A DNA stretch of 63,764 bases, counting the filler, from Octopus bimaculoides (taxonomy: Eukaryota), in NCBI RefSeq assembly GCF_001194135.2. It is 5 parts of 5 records of this genome, joined end to end, with 100 filler letters (N's around TTAATTAATTAA, not from the genome) between each part and the next. Parts side by side here need not be neighbours in the genome. Positions count along the whole stretch, not along the records: positions 54,972 to 63,764 come from NC_068983.1; 4 more parts are not named here. One strand, given 5' to 3'. The notes beneath the pieces were generated by a model that saw only the letters and a list, made by a program, of their open reading frames with translations, made no database searches and had not been told where the DNA came from. Both the position numbers and the translations under genes were made by a program. Positions 54,872 through 63,764 of the stretch are shown in pieces. Positions within the stretch are counted from its first letter, which is position 1. The number at the start of each line of letters is the position of its first letter.

Positions 54872-54971
54872 NNNNNNNNNNNNNNNNNNNNNNNNNNNNN
54901 NNNNNNNNNNNNNNNTTAATTAATTAANNNNNNNNNNNNNNNNNNNNNNNNNNNNNNNNNNNNNNNNNNNN
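54872..54971. other. Artificial 100-bp join with TTAATTAATTAA (54916-54927)
   Basis: 44 N + 12-mer + 44 N. Confidence 0.95.
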
Positions 54972-55199
54972 GTTGCTAGACTATATAGACTATATAGTCC
55001 ATATAAACTATATAGACTATATTGACTCATAATGATAATTTTTATACTTCTTAATTCCACCTCAAATCTTTTATTTGTATATATATTCTTTCTTTTTATA
55101 AAAAAATGTCCTTTGATACCTAGTGTACATTTTCTTTGTTTCTTTTTACTTTTCCCTTTTTGATATATATATATATATATATATATCTGTAAAAATATG

Positions 55200-55510
55200 T
55201 GACACTTATTCAGTAGCCATGATAAAACTCCGAGTTTCGGATGCCAGGGAGGGAGCCCACGCCAACATCTCTTCAGTTATCCGGCCAATTGAAAATTCCT
55301 GTGAAAAATGACCATTAAAAACAAAGGGAAATTACTGTGTAGTGACAAGGTCAAAACGCGTCTGAAACTGCATATATTATCGCATGCACGCATATATCCA
55401 TATACGCATGCACATATCTCTATATATGCATGCATATATCTACATACATATATATCTACATACATATATCTACATACATACATATCTGCAGAAACAGCTG
55501 TAAGCTAATG
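55200..55510 (+). promoter_or_regulatory. Possible promoter/first-exon region (CpG-retaining patch before a CpG-depleted block)
   Basis: Several CG dinucleotides, CCAAT at ~55285, donor-like gtaagc at 55500; downstream sequence is CG-poor and T/G-skewed on +. Indirect evidence only. Confidence 0.25.
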
Positions 55511-55650
55511 AAGTTTATAACACAATCGTTTATTCTTTTGTCATCCTAATTTCTTGTTACTACTTTTGACTAATGCTTCATTCTGATGCATATATACACT
55601 GAGCATATCAGTATTGCAATACCTAAGCGAAATATTAAAATATGTATTTA

Positions 55651-55691
<41 letters not shown>

Positions 55692-57144
55692 TTGTGCTTG
55701 AGTTCACATTTCCTTCATCTTCATATCTTCACTTGCTGATAGTTGACAGTGGCTTTAGTAACAGTGTCAATTGCTTGCAGTTCACCATGAAGTTATATCT
55801 GGGTTTCTTGATGTCTTGACATCTTGTGTGATCTCTGTAAACATAAAAAGCTCATTCAGTTGGTATCATTTGTTCCCAGTTCTCCACCTAAGCATGCCTG
55901 GACTTTTAGCGTCTGATAGCGTTGGAGATTATTACTCTCTTTGGAAGCATGTAGGGGCTGATGGCCGGATAACCATGCATTTGAGAAAAATTCTGTCCTA
56001 GTAACCTACTATCTGATCCATGGAAAAGTGGATATTAAAGTGATGTTTTTGATGATGATGGTGATGATTTTGAGTGAAAGAAACTGGTTTTCTTCTGTTG
56101 CAGCTGTTAATACTTAAATGAATATAATTAAGAATTTGTATAGTCATGTCATTAGAGAGTTTAAATTTGTTACATTAAAAGGCATACCTGATAACAAACT
56201 GAAGCTACTTACATAAAAGTGGCATAAGTGTTATTGTTGTAGTAGTTGTTGTAGTTGTTGTCAGTGGTGGTATATGTGGTGGTTGTGGTGGTGGAGAATT
56301 GTTGATAAGGATAAATGCACATATCATCACTTTGTTGAAAAAAAAAATGTGTATTTGTACAGTTAAGTGTGGAATGATAGCAGAAAAATGATAAAATGAA
56401 ATAAAATAAATATTAGCTGTTGCTTGAGTTTTTGTTTTTCTATTTCAGTTTGTGTTGTATTGAAATATTGTTTGTGTTACCTCTGTGACAAATAATGAAA
56501 TGACTCATTTATATTTTTATATTCCTTGAAAGCTAGAAGAAACCAGAAATGATTATTTTATAAAAAAATTTTTGCTTTAGGAAACATCAGTCCATAACCT
56601 TGACAGCTTCTTGTCAATGTGGAAGTGTGTTAAATCAAAACTGAACTTTGTTATATGACAAAAATATATTTTCATACTATTTTCGTGTTAGCATTCTTTT
56701 TTTTTTTTTTTTTTTACCCTGATAGCACTGGAAAGTGATTTTGTTTATGCTTTTGCAAAAATAACTTGAATGGTAAATTTGGTATTTAGGTTAGACGTCA
56801 AAAAAAGTAGGTAACTAAATAAAATAATATTAAATACTTGGGTTGATTCATTCGACAAGACTGTACCCCAGCATGGCCACAGTCTAATGACTAAAACAAG
56901 TAAAAGATCAAAAACAAACAATATTATTTTTAGCTTTATTTAATTTATAATAATGGGTTCATTGTTTTTGCATCTTTGAATTACAAGCATTTGATATTTG
57001 CACCAATATGACTCAATAATTACATGACCCTACCTATTTTTTTGACAGCTCAGAGTTTAAACTTATGAATGTTGTTGTTTTTACAATTTACTCAAATGTA
57101 TCTTATCTCTAAATAATGGTGGTGATGGTGGCAGCAGTGGTCCT

Positions 57145-60306
<3,162 letters not shown>

Positions 60307-60446
60307 TTATAATTATATTGATAATAATAATTATTATTATTATGATTTCATTTATTTTCCATCAAGGTGAAAAATATGGGGGACAGTGCAAAACAGACAT
60401 AAAGTCTAGAAATTTACATATAATGGAATGATAAAATAAATAGATA

Positions 60447-60493
<47 letters not shown>

Positions 60494-60602
60494 ATAAGTA
60501 TATACAGTAGACAGTGAAAAGGAAGGGAGATATACATAGTATGCGATGGTTAACTAAAAAAAGTTGGGGGATGATAGAGAGGTAGTAATAATAGCAACTT
60601 AA

Positions 60603-61987
60603 ATTCTTCATTCAAAAACTTGACTGTGAGCAATTTCCTTTAGCATAAGCCCAAATGATAAAGAATGTGTTGCCTTAATAGCCAAAGAATCACTGATTTG
60701 CATCCTTTCTCTGGTGCTGTGCAGTATAATGTTTAATGTGACAAAGACAATAATCAATGGCCCAGACTTGATGTCTGTAAATAGATACCATAAGGAAGAG
60801 TAGAATCTGCAGCTGTAAACAGCAGGAACATCACATAACTGATGTAATTTTGCAGTAGCTAGCTGTACTGATACCAGCCTGCCATAAACCACAAACGAAA
60901 CAAGCTATCAAGGAAGTCTCAAAATAGTTGCTCAGTCAGAAAACAAAAGCAGACAGAACTCTAATGTTCCCCCCATTACCCTCCCTGACTCCCACATCAA
61001 CAAAAAACCTTTGTATGTACTTGATTCATGCCTTATCCGATGTGAGAGATGGCTTTACTATTTTTAAAACCTGGAATAAATTCCAGCTCATTATGACTAT
61101 CAAATCATATGATAAAAAATTTTAATTAACAAGCAAATTTCTCAAAAAAACAACAAAAATTCAAAGAACATTTTTCTTTTTTCTTTTTAGTATTTAAGTA
61201 TTTATCCAGTCATAAGCTTCAATGTTTGTTTTCTGTTTTTTTCTTTCGTGTAACTACACCATTCCAACAGCAGAGGTATGATATGATTAATGTCTGCAAA
61301 ATAATGACAAAGTCTACCTTGACAAACATAATACCTTAGCATTCCATCAGTTGTGAAAAAGAGGTGGTTCACTTAAGTTATTTCACAAGTGATGCATCCA
61401 ACTCGTGAATCAGCAAAAATCTTCTTACAATATATCCAAACTAGAATCTGTTAACACAGGAGGTTGTTGGCACAAAAAACAACCAACCAATACACAAACC
61501 GACTTACTAAAATATTCATGGAAAATTAAATTCAGAACACCCTGTTCATAAACTGAAATGCTCCTCTCTATCTCTCTCATTCAAGTTAGGACTTGAGTTA
61601 AGTACACACAGAGTGTTTGGTTGCAAGTTTAAAGGAATTGTCTGGTTTTTGTCTTCTGGTTAAGCAACTATTTAGTGACTTCCTTGATGGCTTGTTTTGG
61701 TTTGGGCTTTGTGGTAGGGTGAATAGTACAGCAAGTTACTGTTAATTACATTAGTTATCTCATGTTCCTGCTGCAGACTCTCCCTTTTTTTTATGGTATC
61801 TATTTACAGACATGTAGTCTGAGCCATTGATAACTGTCTTTGTCACATTATACTTCACAGCATCATTGAAAATATGCCAATCAGTGATTCTTTGGCTATT
61901 AAGGTAACACATTCTGTATCACTGTGGTCACGCTGTCATTCTGTGTGAAGGCATAATGCTCACAGTCAAGTCTTTTGAATGAAGAAT
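60603..61987. repeat. Long fold-back: inverted arms 60603-60955 and 61639-61987 (~350 bp), 683-bp loop
   Basis: agaatgtgttgccttaatagccaaagaatcactgatt pairs with aatcagtgattctttggctattaaggtaacacattct; homology continues through gacaaagac, tgtctgtaaatagataccataa, cagcaggaacat, atcaaggaagt and aaatagttgct. Confidence 0.9.
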
Positions 61988-62020
61988 ATCATTATTATTA
62001 TTATCAGTATTATTGTTATT

Positions 62021-62212
62021 AAGAATTGTTAGCATACTGGGCAAAATGCTTAGTCAGTCCTTATGTTCTGAGTTCAAATTCCACCAAGTTCGACTTTGCC
62101 TTTCATTTTTTCGGGGTCAATAAAATATGCACCAGTTTAGTACTAGGGTCAATGTAATCAACTATCTCCCTCCCACAAATTTCGGGCCTTGTCCCTATAG
62201 TAGAAAGGATTA
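62021..62212 (+). mobile_element. Family A SINE lacking the first ~16 nt, preceded by (ATT)n
   Basis: Starts gaattgttagcatactgggcaaaatgc; CpG sites decayed. Confidence 0.85.
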
Positions 62213-62562
62213 ATATCATTACTGTTATTCCTGTTTGCTCAGTTTCTAATGCTTGTGGCACATTATGGAATTAGCTGTTCACTACCAGTGAACTAGCGTA
62301 ATACCCCCATATTTTACAAGTACTCTTCAGAATAACCAAATTGTACCAAGTAGTGCTGTTTTCTACAAGTGCTCCACCCATATTGCAACCCCTCTTTGAA
62401 CAATGTACTGTTGTTGTTGTTGTTATTCTGAAAGACTCTCGGATAGTTCTTAATTTCCAGTTGTTCTTTACTTGAAAGCAGGCAATAACAAATCACCAAA
62501 GGTTTCAAGTAGTGCCTTCTCCTGTGACTCTCCTTAGAATGTGAGCTGTACCCATCAATGCT

Positions 62563-62643
62563 GTCTTCTTCTTCTTCTTTTTCTTCTTCTTCTTCTTCTT
62601 CTTCTTCTTCTTCTTCTTCTTCTTCTTCTTCTTCTTCTTCTTC
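62563..62643. repeat. (TTC)n microsatellite
   Basis: Directly visible; explains the poly-E and poly-S ORFs. Confidence 0.95.
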
Positions 62644-63062
62644 ACTAGTCTTATTTTTATCACGTGTTTTCATTGTACTATCGAGTGCAGCTCTGTGTGC
62701 CTTGGGCATGCGCTGTGGCTTGTTGTGCTGCTCTTATTTTCACTATATTGAAAGTGCTTTACATAGGATGCATGCAGTGCTATTTTCTGTATGTTATATA
62801 TACTTGTAAGTCCTGAAGGTTTTGTTATGTATTTGTCTGAATGTTTTTTGATCATACCTAATGTGCCTACAACGATAGGAATTGTTTCTGTTTTTAGGCT
62901 CCATATTCAAGTTACCTCCATTTCCAGATCTTTGTATTTTAAAAGTTTCTCTATTTCTTTTAGAGAAACATTGTCATCTATTGGCATTGATACATCAATT
63001 AGAAAGCAGTTTTTTTTTTCTTGGTGATCTCTGACAACTATATCTAGCCTATTGGCCTTAAT
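62644..63062 (-). mobile_element. R4/Dong-type LINE 3' end (restriction-like endonuclease domain plus UTR)
   Basis: IKANRLDIVVRDHQEKK-CFLIDVSMPIDDNVSLKEIEKLLKYKDLEMEVT*IWSLKTETIPIVVGTLG...IQKIAL is the PD-(D/E)xK RLE signature. Confidence 0.9.
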
Positions 63063-63122
63063 TTCTCTATCTGTCTGTCTATCTGTCTGTCTGTATGTAT
63101 GTATGTATTTATTATTATTATT

Positions 63123-63422
63123 TCATGAAAATTCAGTTTATTTTGCTGTGTGGTGAAAAGTGTTGGCTGGCCAGAGCCAGCAGCCTAAGGTGACACTTGT
63201 TTACTGATTTTGCTTCAAGGACCCTAAGGAGAACGCTTGCAGTTCCACGAAATAATAATATTTGTAGGTGTTCTATCTTTATATTTGTAACAGTCTTTTT
63301 GAGCCACATTGATAGTTGAGTACTGATACTTCCAAATATGTCAATCATTATTGGCATCACGTCCACTCTCTTCATTGCCCACAACTTGTGTATTTCCCAT
63401 TTCAATTTATCATAGTGGGAAA
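63123..63422 (-). mobile_element. Second R4/Dong-type 3' end, inserted in (TAA)n
   Basis: YDKLKWEIHKLWAMKRVDVMPIMIDIFGSIS...EHLQ...GTASVLLRVL; sense-strand (TAA)n on both sides (63423-63495 and 63110-63122). Confidence 0.85.
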
Positions 63423-63497
<75 letters not shown>

Positions 63498-63764
63498 CAT
63501 CATCATCATCAGGTCATATTTCTATAAAGGATGAATATAATGAAATTAAATTGTCTCTCCAAGGGGGATTGTTTAGTATCACTCTTCATGGAATGTTGCA
63601 AATATGATTCTGGTGAAATTTGAACTCAGATTAAGAATATAAAAGTATAAAACTCATATTACATTTGTTAAAGAGGCAAGGCTAAATAGAAAAAGAAATT
63701 GTGAATTGCTTTGGGGATGTGAAAAGAGATACTATTTGTAATTCTAGAAATATCCCAAATATAT

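Noticed and set aside
55276-55973. 12-bp inverted match gttatccggcca / tggccggataac
   Set aside because: Does not extend on either side; compatible with chance.
56581-56660. Acceptor-like tttttgctttag followed by short open frames
   Set aside because: No clear donor or homology; several competing weak acceptors lie nearby.
62314-62809. Poly-Glu and poly-Ser ORFs
   Set aside because: Translations of the (TTC)n tract at the Dong 3' end.

Overview
Eukaryotic, AT-rich, microsatellite-dense DNA. The tRNA-derived SINE families and the abundant (TA)n/(CA)n/(TATG)n/(TAA)n repeats point to an octopod cephalopod (Octopus sp.); that taxon call is inference. I can support no intact protein-coding gene, and most ORFs in the track are translated microsatellites or N-gaps. 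What is present: dozens of tRNA-derived SINE copies from at least three families; dead fragments of R4/Dong-type (RLE) LINEs, RTE and CR1-like LINEs, Penelope-like elements and a mariner; mini- and microsatellites; and four artificial 100-bp joins carrying a TTAATTAATTAA stop-linker, which split the window into five pieces whose adjacency is not guaranteed. The most interesting observations are: (i) several unrelated long fold-back inverted repeats (4.2-5.2 kb, 38.9-39.6 kb, 60.6-62.0 kb), the last enclosing a candidate exon; (ii) a 57-63.5 kb block of (TAA)n arrays packed with co-oriented SINEs, a recurring SINE dimer, a 550-bp TAA-embedded element and Dong-type LINE 3' ends; (iii) an RTE LINE tail encoding three tandem C2H2 fingers; (iv) a sharp onset of CpG decay after about 55.5 kb, suggesting a methylated gene body; (v) a head-to-head inverted Penelope pair. 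I found no convincing new multi-gene system. Alignments and identities were judged by eye, not computed.
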